Origin: Takakia lepidozioides
Lineage: Eukaryota; Plantae; Bryophyta
Direction of reading: 5' to 3'
DNA length: 64,000 nt
Assembly: GCA_030704615.1 (NCBI GenBank)
Contig: CM060734.1
Location: 744,001 to 808,000 of the forward strand
Positions 13,751 to 26,200 of the stretch are shown here, in pieces. A program made the translations under genes and the position numbers. How positions within the stretch are numbered: position 1 is the first letter of the stretch; the number at the start of each line of letters is the position of its first letter. The notes below the pieces were generated by a model. It was not told the origin of the DNA. It made no database searches and worked only from the letters and a program-made list of their open reading frames with translations.

Positions 13751-13938
13751 GGTGCTGGAAAGAGGAGTAGGGCTTAAGTAATCAATTGATTGTCCGAGAA
13801 AAGATCTGACATCTTAATTCAGGAAAACTGCTGTTAACTGTCTCTACAATCCTGCTAATAATTTTTGCAATCTAAAACTCACAGGGGAGAATAACTACAC
13901 TAACTCTTAAACCTAGTGAGGATTTCTCGAAAAACAGT

Positions 13939-14277
13939 TTAAAAGGCAGACCCGCTCCCCCGGGATTGCCCAAGCAAGTGATCCTTAGCCTCATTGATCT
14001 TGGAGGCAATGTAATCACTGCCTCCCGCATCTGGGTGATTGGTCTGCATCACCCGCCGGTGCGCCTCCTTCACCTTCTCCTGCGCGACACTCTCCCTCAC
14101 GCCAAGAATCAGTGCAGCTTCTCTTCGCGTCATCACAGACTGAAATCCCCCCTCATAGTACTTGCGCATGCGCGGCCCCGCAGGCCTCGCCTTGAAGGCC
14201 TGCCACGCCTCAATCCCATACTTCCCGGCCAGGGCTGACACTGCCACTGCCACACCTGCTATCAGTGGCGTCGCCAT
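13939..14277 (-). CDS. PAM18: Mitochondrial import inner membrane translocase J-protein TIM14/PAM18 (112 aa, intronless)
   Basis: MATPLIAGVAVAVSALAGKYGIEAWQAFKARP...YEGGFQ..MTRREAALILGV...HPDAGGSDYIASKINEAKD. HPD J-motif intact. GA/CA-rich UTR-like tract upstream. Confidence 0.95.
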   Translation of the reverse strand: MATPLIAGVAVAVSALAGKYGIEAWQAFKARPAGPRMRKYYEGGFQSVMTRREAALILGVRESVAQEKVKEAHRRVMQTNHPDAGGSDYIASKINEAKDHLLGQSRGSGSAF

Positions 14278-14769
14278 GAAACCTCTACTGCATCCCCTGC
14301 CAACTCTCACACGCAACTCCTCTCTCTCCTTCTCTGTCGCCTCGTGTGTGTGTGTCTCTCTCTCTCCCCCCCTAAAGTTCGTTCTTTTCTCTCCCTAAAG
14401 TTCATTCTTTTTATGTTTCTGATGAAGTTATCACCAACCTTTCGAAGTTTGAACTTTGAACTTTGCTTTGAGAATCTCCAAAATGTTTATTGGCTCCTCC
14501 CTATAAGGGAGAGACCACCCATTGGTGCCAAAAATGAGTAAGATCCTGATATACCTCCACTAGATAATACCTTCATGAAGCACATAATCCTCCCCCACTT
14601 AAATGCTAACTTGAATGTACCTTGATTGGGTAAGACCAAAAGTGAATCTATCTATAAATGAAGACCTCTCATTTTACAATAATTGGGACGTTATGGCGCA
14701 CGTGCGAGCTGACCGGTGGGCGCCGTGCACGGACGCCCGGCTCACCCCGCCATCCGCGCCTGCTGTTGC

Positions 14770-14915
14770 CGCGGCCAGTCCGCCCGCCAGTCCGCTTCCC
14801 CTCAGTCCGCCAGACCGCCAGTCTGCCGGCCAGTCCGCTGTGCCAGTCCCCGCCGGTCCACCCAACAGTCTGCCCGCCAATCCGCCGTCCATGAGTCCGC
14901 TTTCCTCCAGTCCAC
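14770..14915 (+). repeat. CAGTCCGC-type short repeats at the MULE left end
   Basis: About 8 copies of CAGTC(C/T)GC-like motif. Confidence 0.8.
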
Positions 14916-16659
14916 TGATGATGCCGTATCTAGACCGTCCGTTCGTAAATCCCATCTGAGCCCTCCATTTTTAGGGCATGAATTCAAACCTTATCCCTGC
15001 CGCCTGCCACTTGCAGCAGCCACGAACGTGCGCACCGATGCTCCTTGCACGTTGTCCATCGTATCCAGTGTACTGCGGCGCATTTCTTGCAGGTTCTGAA
15101 GTATGTCCTCTGTACTGTACAGGGCATGGACGTGGAAGCAGAAGACAACGATATACTGAAAACGGGAAGCTGGATTATACGACCTCTTTGACAATGTTTG
15201 CAAACACCCAAACCAGGACCCTTCAATACGAAGGACCTCCATTGGAAGAGAGACACGCAATATGGTTATATAGGTGCGCGGGTGAATGTTTAGAAGGCCT
15301 GCATACCGTGGGATAGAGTTGATGACTTTCTCCTTGGAGAGGAGGGTTTGGTGGACTACCCCACTCAGGTTTGGGTGAATGTCCATACTAAAGTGCAACC
15401 CGGCATACTAAAAGAGCCGAGAGCCAACAGTATTCTGAACAGTATCATGTTTGCTCCATCCTCATCGTCATTTTGTAGTCTGATTGCATGTCTGTTGCCA
15501 TTTCTTGTACCCACGTACTGTGATTTCATGCTTCCAGAAATCGATGGATATTGATTGTGATTTTTATGTCAAGGTATCAATGCTGCTACGGTCCAGATGA
15601 TAAGCGCACCAACAATGTGATAGTGGAGGATCCCAAACTGAAACGTGGAGGACCTCTTGTGGGTGCTGGAACATCTCACCCTCATAAAGGCCCAAGGAGA
15701 AAGAAGTCGGAATATGGAGAGTCTTACAAGCGTGGTTGCCAATGCTGTTTCAAGGTCCAGCAATGCTATCTCGCCCCCGACATTTGTGTCCTCACGTACT
15801 ACAACAACATGGAGCATACAGACGCGAAAGGGAAAGTCTGTCATGGGAAGTCCGCTGAGTTCAGGAACACTCGCCACGCCTATGCACCACATATTATCGA
15901 GGAATTGAAAGCATGGGTCATGGAGTGTCTGTGCCGAGGCCTGTCAGTCGCCCAAATCATGATGGAACATAAGGAGCACGTCATGAACAACACCGGGTTG
16001 GGGGATGCATGGACACGGGACGATTTTTTGTTGGAGCAGGATGTGCGCAACCTGGCCGAGAAACGAGCGTGGCAAACGTTCAAAAAACATGCCAACGATG
16101 CGGAGAGTGTCCGCATGTGGAAAGACCAGAACCTGAAATCGGTCTTCTTCTATCAAGAAGAGAAATTGGCACCAACATTCAAGCACTACGATGGCGACTT
16201 AACATTCACAATCGGCATACAAACTGAGTGGCAAAAGAAGCGAATGCTTCAATTAGGCCATGCCCGTATCGTTGCATGCGATGCAACCTTTGGGACAAAT
16301 CACCACAAGGTACTCTTCATCCCTTTCACAATTTATCCGCTTGCAGAACTAGTGGATGTGCGCACACTGGCAGCATCTGACATTCTGCATTTGAACAGTT
16401 CATATTGTACACGTTGATGGTCTTCAACGAGTGGCTTAACGATATACCAGTTGCGTACATCATATGCGCGCGTGAGTGGACAACAGATCCGGTGTCGTGG
16501 ATGGCAGCAAAGCGGGACTCACTCCTCGCAGAAATGCCGGACTGACGACCCAATGCCTTCATTGTGGACGATGCCGATGCCGAAATAAACGTCATTACGT
16601 AAGTTTCACGTACCCTCCTGTACACTTGCATGCAAATCCGTTGTGTGCATCCATTGTCA

Positions 16660-17390
16660 GTCTCTTTGGCAAGTCCCCTACCATACAACGCAGTCCTGGC
16701 TGCAAGTCCGGCCCGTTCCTTTCTGCAAGTCTGCTAGCAAACCAGTCCGCTGATAATGTCCTCTGGCGAGGTCTGCTGGAAAACTCACTTGCGCAAGTAT
16801 GCTGCAAGGTCAGTCTGCTCGGATGTGCTGCCAGCAAAGTCTGGGTAAGTCTGATGTCGGCCTCCTAAGGGCAAGTCCACTGGAAGACTCACTTGCGCGA
16901 GTCTGGTGCGAGGTCAGTCTAGTCGGGTCTGTTGCCAGCAAAGTCTGGATAAGTCTACTGCCGGCCTCCTAAAGGCAAGTCCGCTAGCATGCCAGTCTAT
17001 CGGAGATGACTGTTCGCAAGCAGTCCACTGCAAGACTCACTTGCGTCAGTCTGCTGCGAGGTCAATCTGGTCCAGAAAGTCCGCTGGCAGGCGAGTCCGC
17101 CGGAGTGGACTGTTCCAAAGTCTGTTGGCAACCCAGTCCGCTCGGAATGCCCTTTGGCCAAGTCCGTTGCAAGACTCACTTACGCAAGTCCGCTGCGAGG
17201 TCAGCGTGGTCAAGTCTGCTGGCGGTCTCGTGAGGGCAACACTCATGGTAGGTCAGAGTGGGCAAGTTTGCTTGTTGAATCCATTGGGCAAGTCCACTAG
17301 AATAGACGGGCAGACCAGTCCACCAGAGAGTCTACTGGGTTAGTACCCAAGTCCACCGGCAAAGTCCTCTTTGAAGTCTCTCATGTGGGC
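16660..17390 (+). repeat. Degenerate (A/C)AGTC(C/T)GC repeat array filling a MULE intron
   Basis: Dozens of AAGTCCGC/AAGTCTGC/CAGTCCGC copies with higher-order units (ACTCACTTGCGC...GAGGTCAG). Confidence 0.85.
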
Positions 17391-19477
17391 ATGTGTACTT
17401 TGCAGGGCTGTTTTCCGAGGAATGCTCATTTTCCTGTGCCTTTGGCATGTCCGGCGGGCTTGGGTGAAGCAATCATGCGCGAAAACCAAAGATCCTATCA
17501 CTGCCGCAAACTTGCTGAAGGATATGGGAGACCTCATGTACTGTAGAGGTGGACCAAGCAATCCCAAAGAAGGTCTTGCGTGGGTAGCAACAACGCTCCT
17601 CGGCATGAGAAAGAAATATCCGAATGGGCATGAATTTCTGGACTACATCGATAAGGAATGGCGTCCTAAAATAGCAATGTGGTGTACAGCAGCTCGCCAT
17701 GTTCCACATGCCAGTCAAGACACAAATGCTAGCATTGAGGCATATCATGGAAACTTGAAGGCAAGACTGAGGATGGGGAAAAGAAAAATGAGTGGGCGTA
17801 GAGTAGATTGGCTCATATGGGAACTCACAGGTCGTGTGCTAACACACTATAGGTATTCAATTCACCTAAAGACGCATAGATTCATAAGGAATGACAAACA
17901 GGAGAAGTACATGTCCAATTCTGTGCTTGCGGCACGCGACATCCCAGCTTGCAATGTCACTCAGATTCCATTCCATCTTGGGCAACCTGCCTATGTTCTA
18001 AGTACCAATCACCCAAACACAACTTACATTGTTTACAACCCCGGATGCGAATGTGCTTCTTGCACTTGCCCATGGGCAATGAAGGGCAATTTGTGCAAGC
18101 ATCAAGTCCGAGTCCTGAAGTTGCTTCATCCACACTTGTAGGATGGACTTATAGTGCGAGCTTGTGGCACGGTGTTGGGAACCATTCATGGAGGATTGCA
18201 TAATGTGTTTAGGGTTCATGCAAGTGGCGGCGACGAAGAGGGTTTGGGAAATGCAACAGACAGCCCTTCCACAGATGACTTCCCCTATGATGCGGAGCCT
18301 GTCCTTGTACCATCCTCCATGGACGAAGAATTTGCAGACATACTTCACATTGTTGGTGACGACAAATACCTGGAGAAACATGTGTTGTCTTCTCTTCAAA
18401 TCTGTAGGGGGCAGCTTGTTCATATTCTTGCCAAGAGTGTTGCAGGAATGTTGCACCCTGCGGCAGCAAAAAGCTTCCGTCCTGTAAATGACAACAACAA
18501 TATGTCACTGAAAAAGTATGTTCTCGTACAGGAACCTTGCTGTGGACTTGGCTATGTTGTGCCTCAAAGCTTTAGCTTCCACCCCACTTCGTAGTATAAT
18601 CAGTGGCTGTAATTATGTACCTGTTCTGTGTATTCTTGGCTGGTGGGTTGATTGGTCCAACAAAGTCTAGTCCCCGTTTCTGAAATGGTTCCGTAGGCAT
18701 TGTAGGATGCAAGGCCATCCTTCCAGATCTCTGCAAAGGTCCTAGCCTCTGACATTCATCACAACTCTGACAATACTCGTGTACATCTTTGAACAAAGTA
18801 GGCCACCAGTAACCTGCGAGTAGTATCTTCCTACTGGTAGTCTCTTCTCCAAAATGACCTCCAGCCACTCCTTTATGAACTTCCTCCAAAACTTTATTTA
18901 CTTCATGGTGGTACAAGCATCGTTTTAGTACTCCATCAGGTCCTAGCTTATACATTCTGCTTCCTACCGTAGTATAAGGTAAAGCTTTGATAGCGATTCT
19001 CTTCCTCTGCTCCTTACCATAACTAGGTGGGCACTGACCATGAGCAAGGTAGTATCTGATTGGCCACTGCCAATCTAATCAGTCATCTGCACTTCCCAGC
19101 ACCTCCACTGCAAATAGACTCGCATCTGGTAATTGATCATCTATTCCTGTGGCTGGTTCTCCTGTTGATAACCGTGACAAGTGATCCGCCACAAGATGCA
19201 GTCTCCCAGGCTTGTAAACAACCTCGAACTCAAACTCGTGCAAGATTATCAACCATCTTGTTATTCTTCCGCTTATCAGAGGTTTATTTACCAGGTATAT
19301 CAGAGCCTGGTGATCCACATAGAACATAAACTTCTTGCCCAACAGGTAATGCCTGAATTTCTTCACTGCATAGATCATTGCCAATGCTTCTCTTTCCGTT
19401 GTGCTATAGTTCCTTTCAGCACTGTTCATCAATCTGCTAGCATAGTACACAGGTGAATCTATATTTCCTGTAACATT

Positions 19478-22400
19478 CTAGGCTAACACCGCTCCCAACG
19501 CTTCTCCTGATGCATCGCAGTGAACATGAAATACTACATGCCAGTGAGGGTTAATCAGCACAGGTGTAGTTGTTACTGACAGTGTAAGTTCCTCAAACGC
19601 CTGTTGACATTCAGCTGTCCAGGCAAACACTGCATCTTTCTTCAGTAGCTTGCTCAATGGTGCTGCTATTTGTGCATACCTTTTGACAAATCTTCTGTAA
19701 TAACTGGTTTGCCCAAGGAATCTCCTTAGACTCTTAACATTCACTGGTGGTGGAGAGGCTTTAATGGTCTCTGTCTTCGTGGGATCCACAAGAAGTCCCC
19801 TCTTACACACAATGTGTCCCAGAAGCACCCCTGAGTTCACACAGAAAGTACACTTCTCTGGATTCAGGCCCAGACCTCTCATCCTGCATCTGGCCAGACA
19901 TAACTCCAATTTATGCAAGTGCTCATTCTTAGAGCTGTACACACTGAAATCATCCAAGAACACCTGCATGAAATCATCCAGATACTCATGAAAAGATTCA
20001 CTTATTACTCTCTGAAAGGTTGCTGGTGCATTACAAAGTCCAAAGGGCATGATTTTGTATGCATAAGCACCCCAGTCTGTGATGAAAGCTGTCTTTCCTT
20101 GATCTTCTTCTACCACTTGCACTAAATTATAACCACTGAACCCATCCATGAATGAGTACATCTCATGGCCTGCCACAGTGTCCAATACTGCTTCTGTGAA
20201 TGGCAAAGGAAAAGGATCTTTCTTCGTACAAGCATTTAGCTTCTTGTAGTTCACACATACTCTTAGTTTACCATTCTTCTTGGGAACTATAACAATGGGT
20301 GACAACCAAGTTGTATACTCTATTGGGTATATAAACTTAGCCTCAGCCAACTTCTTGATCTCTTCTCCAACCTTCTGTGCGTAGTTGGGATTCATTCTGT
20401 ACCTCGCCTGCTTGATTGGTACTGACCCTGGTTCCAGTTCAATCTTATGCTGACAGACTTCAGGTGGTATTCCTTTAAGATCCTCATAGCTCCAAGCAAA
20501 TACATCTCTGTATTTGATGAACAAGCTTTTAGCTTCTTCAAAGAATTCCGGCTCCAAATCAGCTCCTACTTTCACCATCCTCGGTTCCTCTTTAGTTCCC
20601 ACATTCACTTCCCTCACCTGCTCATCAGCTGTGATTGTCCAACCAGTCACCACTTTATCCTGTAAGCTCACAGTGGCTGGTTCCTCTAGGATTTCCATTT
20701 CTCCTTCTCTTTCCTCATAGAAATGTGATGGGTAAATGCTGGTTTCCTCTTCAGTTGGTGTTGCTGTCACTACACCACAGCAGATACCTCTTAAACAACT
20801 TAGGCTTTCCAGCCGCATCTCTGCAACCTGCTCCCACTCTGGGTGTGCAGCAAATAGGGTAGCTTCTTGCTCCTCATCCAGTCCTCCTTTCCAGTCATAC
20901 TCTCTGACTCCTCGAGGTCTTCTTGTAGCAGGTAATCTACTAGATTTCTTTGTGATAATTTGTATCTCGTGTATCCCATTATGCACGATTAGTAACTGAG
21001 AATTCCAGTCATGGAATACCCTGGCCTGTTTCAGCCACGGACGTCCCAATAATAAGGAGTAAGCCTCCATGACTTCATCCATCTTCAACACAGTTACTGT
21101 GATCATAAAGATCATCTTCTGTATCTGTATCTTAACTCCTCTTATCAATCCCAATGGCTGTACACTTCTTTGATCTGCCATTGTTACAGTAAATGGGGCT
21201 GGTTTCATGTTACTTAGACCAAGCTTCTTCCTTAATTGGTCTGTCATGATATTCACTCTAGAACCTCCATCTATCAGTACATCAGTTAGTTCTGTGCTTC
21301 CAATTCTCAATTGGATTACTGGCATAGAATCATCAAAGTCCATGACTGTTTCTCGCCCTTCCGGCTTCACATTATAACTGGTCACCTTGCTATTCAGGTC
21401 TGTGTTTCCTGTCTCCTCGGCAATTCGATTGATTGCTTGATACAGCCTGTGCCTACAATAAGGTGCCACAGCTAATAGCTGTCCAATGGTAATTTCTGCT
21501 TTGGTCTGGTATATTACTTTAGCCAAAGTCTCTTCATTACTTTGCATGTCTGCATCTTCTTTCTTCCTTTCATCCTCACTCCCTTCTTCTTCTTCATCAG
21601 AATCAGAGGAATCTGCCACAGGAATATCAGTACTCTTCTGCATTTCCCTTATGGTATCTGCCACTTCTTTGTGCAGTTCCTTCTCATCTCTCCAAGTCTC
21701 TTCATCTTCAGGCATATCATTGTCACCTTCATTATCATCTTCTTCCTCTACTACTGGAGGTATTAGTTTGGCTTTACTTCTTGTTACTATCATTGTACTT
21801 ACTTCTGGTACAACACATGGCCTAACCATGTGAGCTGCCACCACTGGGCCCTCATTCACAGGAGCTCTCATCTCATTCTGGTGTCTTATCCAGAATGCAC
21901 AGGCTGCCCTGCGATGTCCTGGCTGATTACAATAGTAACATAGTTCTTCACCATTGGGTCCTCGCCCTTGGTCTGTTCTTGGATTATTTCTATAATCCTG
22001 ATTCCCGGGCTGGTAATTCCCCCTTGGATTACCCTGATAGTTGCCTCTGGAATTTCCTTGGTAATTTCCTCTTGAATTACCTCTCCCTTCCATGCCATTG
22101 TTATATCCACCAGACCTACCATAGTGGTCCTGATCATTGTTTCTTCTTGGCTGGGGCTGCACCTGATGCACCCTTACTTGCCTAGGTTCTCTTGCAGCTG
22201 TCCTTCTGTTATAGTAACAATTCTCGGTAGAATGGTTATCCATTTTACAGATAGTATAGTGTTTCTCCTTCATGTGGCATTCTGTGGTGGTATGGCCTTC
22301 ATTCTGGCACTTTGCACACCATACACCCTTCCTCCAATGTGTTGCAGCCTCTGTGGCATACTTCTTCAAGATTTCTTCCAATCTTTTTTCATAGTTATCC

Positions 22401-23557
22401 CTCTTCAACTTCTCCTTTCTCTTACTCTTCCTTTTTAGTTCTTGCTCTTCTTCTTCATCTGACTCATCCTCAGAGTCCTCATCATCCCTTTTCTCTCTCC
22501 TGAGCATTCCCAATTGCTCAATTCTGTTTGCAGTTTCAAATGCCTCCTCCACTGTATTATGGGGTAACATATCCACTTTCTTTTGCAACTCTGGTCTTAG
22601 TCCACTCACAAACCAAGTCTTCTGTAAACCAGGTGCTGGTACTGCAGCCAGCTTTTTCATCATCAATTCTATCTTTTCCATATACTCTTCAACAGTTTCA
22701 TGCTTCTTTTGCTTTAACTGTTGTAAACTTCCATACACTTCATCTTCAGTTTTACTTGTCCTGAACCTATTTCGAAATGTTGTATTCAAGCCATTCCAGG
22801 TTAGGAAATGATTATCAGGGAATCTTGCATACCATTCACTTGCTTTCTTGATAAGTGAACAAGGAAACAATCTCATCTTGGCATCATCGCCATTCTCATT
22901 GTTCACTATACACATGTGCTCAAATTGGCTAATGTGTACATCGGGATCCCCTTTTCCTGAATATATTGGAAAGGGTGGTTTTGCCCGTGTTGGTTGTAAC
23001 GCCATCTGTGGCCCTACCTTCTGCCCACTGACAGGTGCTGGCACCCTTACTGGTGCTGGTCCTTCTGGACCTGTTGTTTTTGTGGTGGATCTTCTACCAA
23101 GTGGTGGCCCTTGAGCACTCCCTGCTTCCGGCCCCACGATATTCACAGTATTCCCAGCTTCAGTTGCACTACTTCCCACACTCCCTGTCCCCCCAGAGCC
23201 AGATCCAGGCAGCCCGCCTGATCCCCCTAAGCCGACACCTTCGTTGGCCTGTGATCCAAGTGCTCCACTTGATCCAGGTCCAACGGGTTGGGATGTCCTG
23301 GTTGTAGTCTCAACCTCAGCTGTTGGGTCTACTTCTTCATATTCTTCCTCTTCCAATTTCTTCTCTCTGTTTTCATCCTCCAAGTTCTGCCCTTGGGTTT
23401 CTTCTTCACTCATGTAACTCAACTGTACTGGTGTTGGAGAGTCTGAACTCTCCGTTGGCTCTGCCACATCTTCTTTTCCTTCTTCACCTTCAGTTTCAAA
23501 AACTGGAGTTCCTGCTTTTGGTGTTCCATGCCAACTCTTATCAAAGATTTCTGTCAA
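19478..23557 (-). pseudogene. gag-pol polyprotein ORF (1359 aa); continues past an in-frame TAG into RNase H and integrase
   Basis: ORF track. The stop at 19478-19480 is in frame with ORF 19079-19450. Confidence 0.9.
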
Positions 23558-23848
23558 ATCTTTTATCCAGGGATGTACCTCAGATCTTTCACCTCATGAT
23601 TGATCTTCTTCCTGTACCAATTCCCTTAATCTTTCTTGCAAAGAAACAGAAGGAGTGTCATTCAACTCTAGTTCTTCTGGTATGGGTGATGTACTCTTTG
23701 ATCTTAATGGCGTGAGAGGTCCAGATGATTCCCCTATGTCTATTCCTCTCTCCCAAAGATATGGATAATTAGCTTTCAGATAGCTTTCTCTTTTTACTGA
23801 ATATCTCTGGCGTCTAGCTTCTCTTTCATCACTCATGTCCCATTTCTT

Positions 23849-24544
23849 TTAATGTGGCAATAACCAAAACTCTCTTCTGTAATATCTCTCGTATATGCAT
23901 GGGTTTCTTTCAAGCTTCAATGCACCCTTGGCTATACTTGAAGTCTCCGTTACCATATAACCATATGGCAAACAAGTCTGGAAAGCTGTTCTTGGTGTGA
24001 GTTTGATCCACAAAATATCCTTTGGAATCCAATTCTTTGCCAGTACAAGCTCTTCATGCATATGAGTATAAACATTCACTTTTCTTTCCTCCCAGCCTTC
24101 AAACTCTACTCGCTTAATGGATAGCAATGCTATCACATAAACCAACGTTGGTAACCAACGTGCTCTTCCTCTACAGGCTACCTGATAAATCTTTATCACT
24201 CCTTTCTCCAGACCCCATTCCGGATCAGCATCATGCACTCGCTTAAGAATATTTTCTTTACAACCGTCTGGCAATTCCAAGAACCTTTGAAAGAATTGTT
24301 TGGACAATCTTTCTTCCTTCGTTCCACAGGGAATTTGATTCGCTTCAAATTCTTTAATGGTCCAACCACCATGATCCCACCAGATGCCTGTCACATCTGG
24401 TTGTTCATTACTCAGTTCCCCAGTATGGTCGCCAAATGTCGTGCGGCTTTTACTCACCCATCCCTTCGCTATCCGAGGCGGAAACTCCAAGATAGAAGAG
24501 TTGGAAATCTCTAAGTACTCAGCCCGCGCAAAACAATCAGTCAT
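23849..24544 (-). CDS. Accessory ORF of unknown function upstream of gag (231 aa); an 80-aa ORF follows at 23594-23836
   Basis: Long stop-free ORF on the gag strand, with a protein-level homologue at 27551-27770. Confidence 0.6.
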   Translation of the reverse strand: MTDCFARAEYLEISNSSILEFPPRIAKGWVSKSRTTFGDHTGELSNEQPDVTGIWWDHGGWTIKEFEANQIPCGTKEERLSKQFFQRFLELPDGCKENILKRVHDADPEWGLEKGVIKIYQVACRGRARWLPTLVYVIALLSIKRVEFEGWEERKVNVYTHMHEELVLAKNWIPKDILWIKLTPRTAFQTCLPYGYMVTETSSIAKGALKLERNPCIYERYYRREFWLLPH

Positions 24545-25086
24545 GACCTACAGCTAGTGTATCATGGGGGTGTTTCCTCTTTGTTTCCCTTTTGGCATTC
24601 ATATTAGCTACCTTACCATTGATAATTAAGTATCAGTTTGCTTCATCAATTTATCGGATTCCATCAACCCATCCATTCATTCCACAACTTCACTCATATC
24701 TCTCTACACAGTGTGGTTGTATCGTATAAATATCAGATTATGATTTATCAGGTATGAGGCCGAAGCCATTGTGTCTCTAATCTGCTCTACAATATCACTA
24801 CAGTTTTGCATATAACAAGCATCTACTAATCATCTCTCCTCCTTCACCGTGCTCTCCATCTTTGCTTCCGTTCTTACTCTCCGCCCGATCCTCTCTCTCT
24901 CCTGACGTGCTTCCAAGAATCATCCCCCAAAAAGCCCCCTACTCAGTCCTTGCTTCTCCCTTTATCTTCCTACCCGTGGCTCTAACCGTTTCCCTCACTA
25001 ACCGTCGTCCGTGAACTAACATGTTCCATTTGCAGGTGTTGTTCCCCACAGTCGTTCCCTGTCCTGCTCTCCGTTCCCTATGATCG

Positions 25087-25335
25087 TGACAGCTGTGTCA
25101 AGCTGTGACTGGCTGTGTGAAACTGTGACGGGCTGTGATTGGCTGTGCGACTGTGTTTGGCTGTGTCGGGCTGTGACTGGCTGTGTGGCTGTGTCGGCTG
25201 TGACGGGCTGTGACTGGCTGTGTGGCTGTGTCGGCTGTGACGGGCTGTGTTGGCTGTGATGGCTGTGTCGGGCTGTGACGAGCTGTGCTGACTGTGTCTG
25301 GCTGTGTCGGCTGTGACGACTGTGACGGGCTGTGT
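25087..25335. repeat. GGCTGTG(A/T)C minisatellite in the retrotransposon leader
   Basis: About 25 imperfect 7-10 bp units. Confidence 0.9.
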
Positions 25336-25457
25336 AACCCCCCTCTACAGTGCGCTGCTGTCACCCCTAAGGCTCCTGTTGGTCTCAGTCTGTGCAAAAA
25401 TTAAGGGTACCCTATAGATCCCGTATAAGTGTCTAAGTCCCAGACAGTCCTCTAACA

Positions 25458-26200
25458 CTTTGGAACCACCCTTTGAGCAAATTACAGGCTGTCTGGTCTG
25501 ATTTATCAAGCAGGTCTTTGGAACTACGTTCTGAATTTGAAACAGAATGTCTAAGCTGTTTTGGCTCGATGGCTTTCCAGACTACATACTGGCTACTTTA
25601 GGTGTACCAAGCAACATCTTTGAAATTAAGCGTTGAGTTTAAAACAGGCCGAGCACCTGGCATGACGGGCTTTTCAGATTACATAACATCTGTTTTAAGG
25701 TTGCCAAGCTATGCCTTTGGAACCACCCTTTGAGTCTGAAACAGATCTGGTTTTACTGTTTTAACTTGTTTAAGGCAGATATATTCATACTGTTTTAGCT
25801 TGAAGAATACCAAGCAGATGTATTGAAGGGCTTTGCCAAATTACCACCGTCTGGTCTGAGTTATGAAGCAGGTTTTTGGAACTACTCTCTGAGTTTAAAA
25901 CAAAACTGTCTAAGCTGTTTTGGCTTGATGGCTTTTCAGATTACATAATGGCTGCTTTAGGTGTACCAAGCAGTATCTTTGGAATTAACCATTGAGTTTA
26001 AAACAGGCCTGGTTACGCTATTATAAGTTTGAAAAGTACCAAGTAGTACTTTTGGACATACCCAGTGATTTGAAAGCAAGACCTTTGCACACTGTTTTGA
26101 CTTGGAAAAATACCAAGCAGTGGGCTGGTCTGGCTTTTTCAAGATACATAATGTCTGGTTTAATTTTTCAAACTGGGCTTTTTGGAATACCCTCTGAGCT
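25458..26200. repeat. Degenerate tandem repeat array (units ~120-360 bp)
   Basis: TTTGGAACCACCCTTTGAG, GTCTGGTCTGA and TTTTCAGATTACATAA recur. 25480-25650 matches 25840-26010. Confidence 0.75.

Larger units (their letters stand above)
14680..18511 (+). mobile_element. Mutator-like (MULE) transposase gene with SWIM zinc finger, intron-containing, pseudogenised and 3'-truncated
   Basis: KRGCQCCF...H.D..G.VCHG, GIQTEWQ, CDATFGTN (D1), FIVDDADAE (D2), CLWHVRRAW, TNASIEAYH (E), SWIM CTCPWAMKGNLCKH. Inferred introns ~16310-16398 and ~16599-17405. In-frame stops at ~16543 and 18139. Left boundary approximate. Confidence 0.88.
18512..25457 (-). mobile_element. Ty3/gypsy non-chromovirus LTR retrotransposon (Phygy/Tat-Athila-like), 3'-truncated in integrase
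   Basis: Gag with CCHC knuckles, protease (LIDGGS), RT (DPFPLPF...DGFSGYN, FLDDF), RNase H (HCDAS, ERNYSTTEREALA), integrase (GGHFG...WWP...CDEC, LDFVGP, DYTTKW.EAKAL). Order PR-RT-RH-INT. 5' boundary (TGTTAG on the minus strand at 25457) is tentative. Confidence 0.93.

Noticed and set aside
16476-17343. Ser/Leu-rich ORFs of 130-145 aa
   Set aside because: By-products of the intronic repeat array.
24545-24860. Upstream extension of the gypsy accessory ORF
   Set aside because: Multiple stops in the frames examined; treated as leader sequence.
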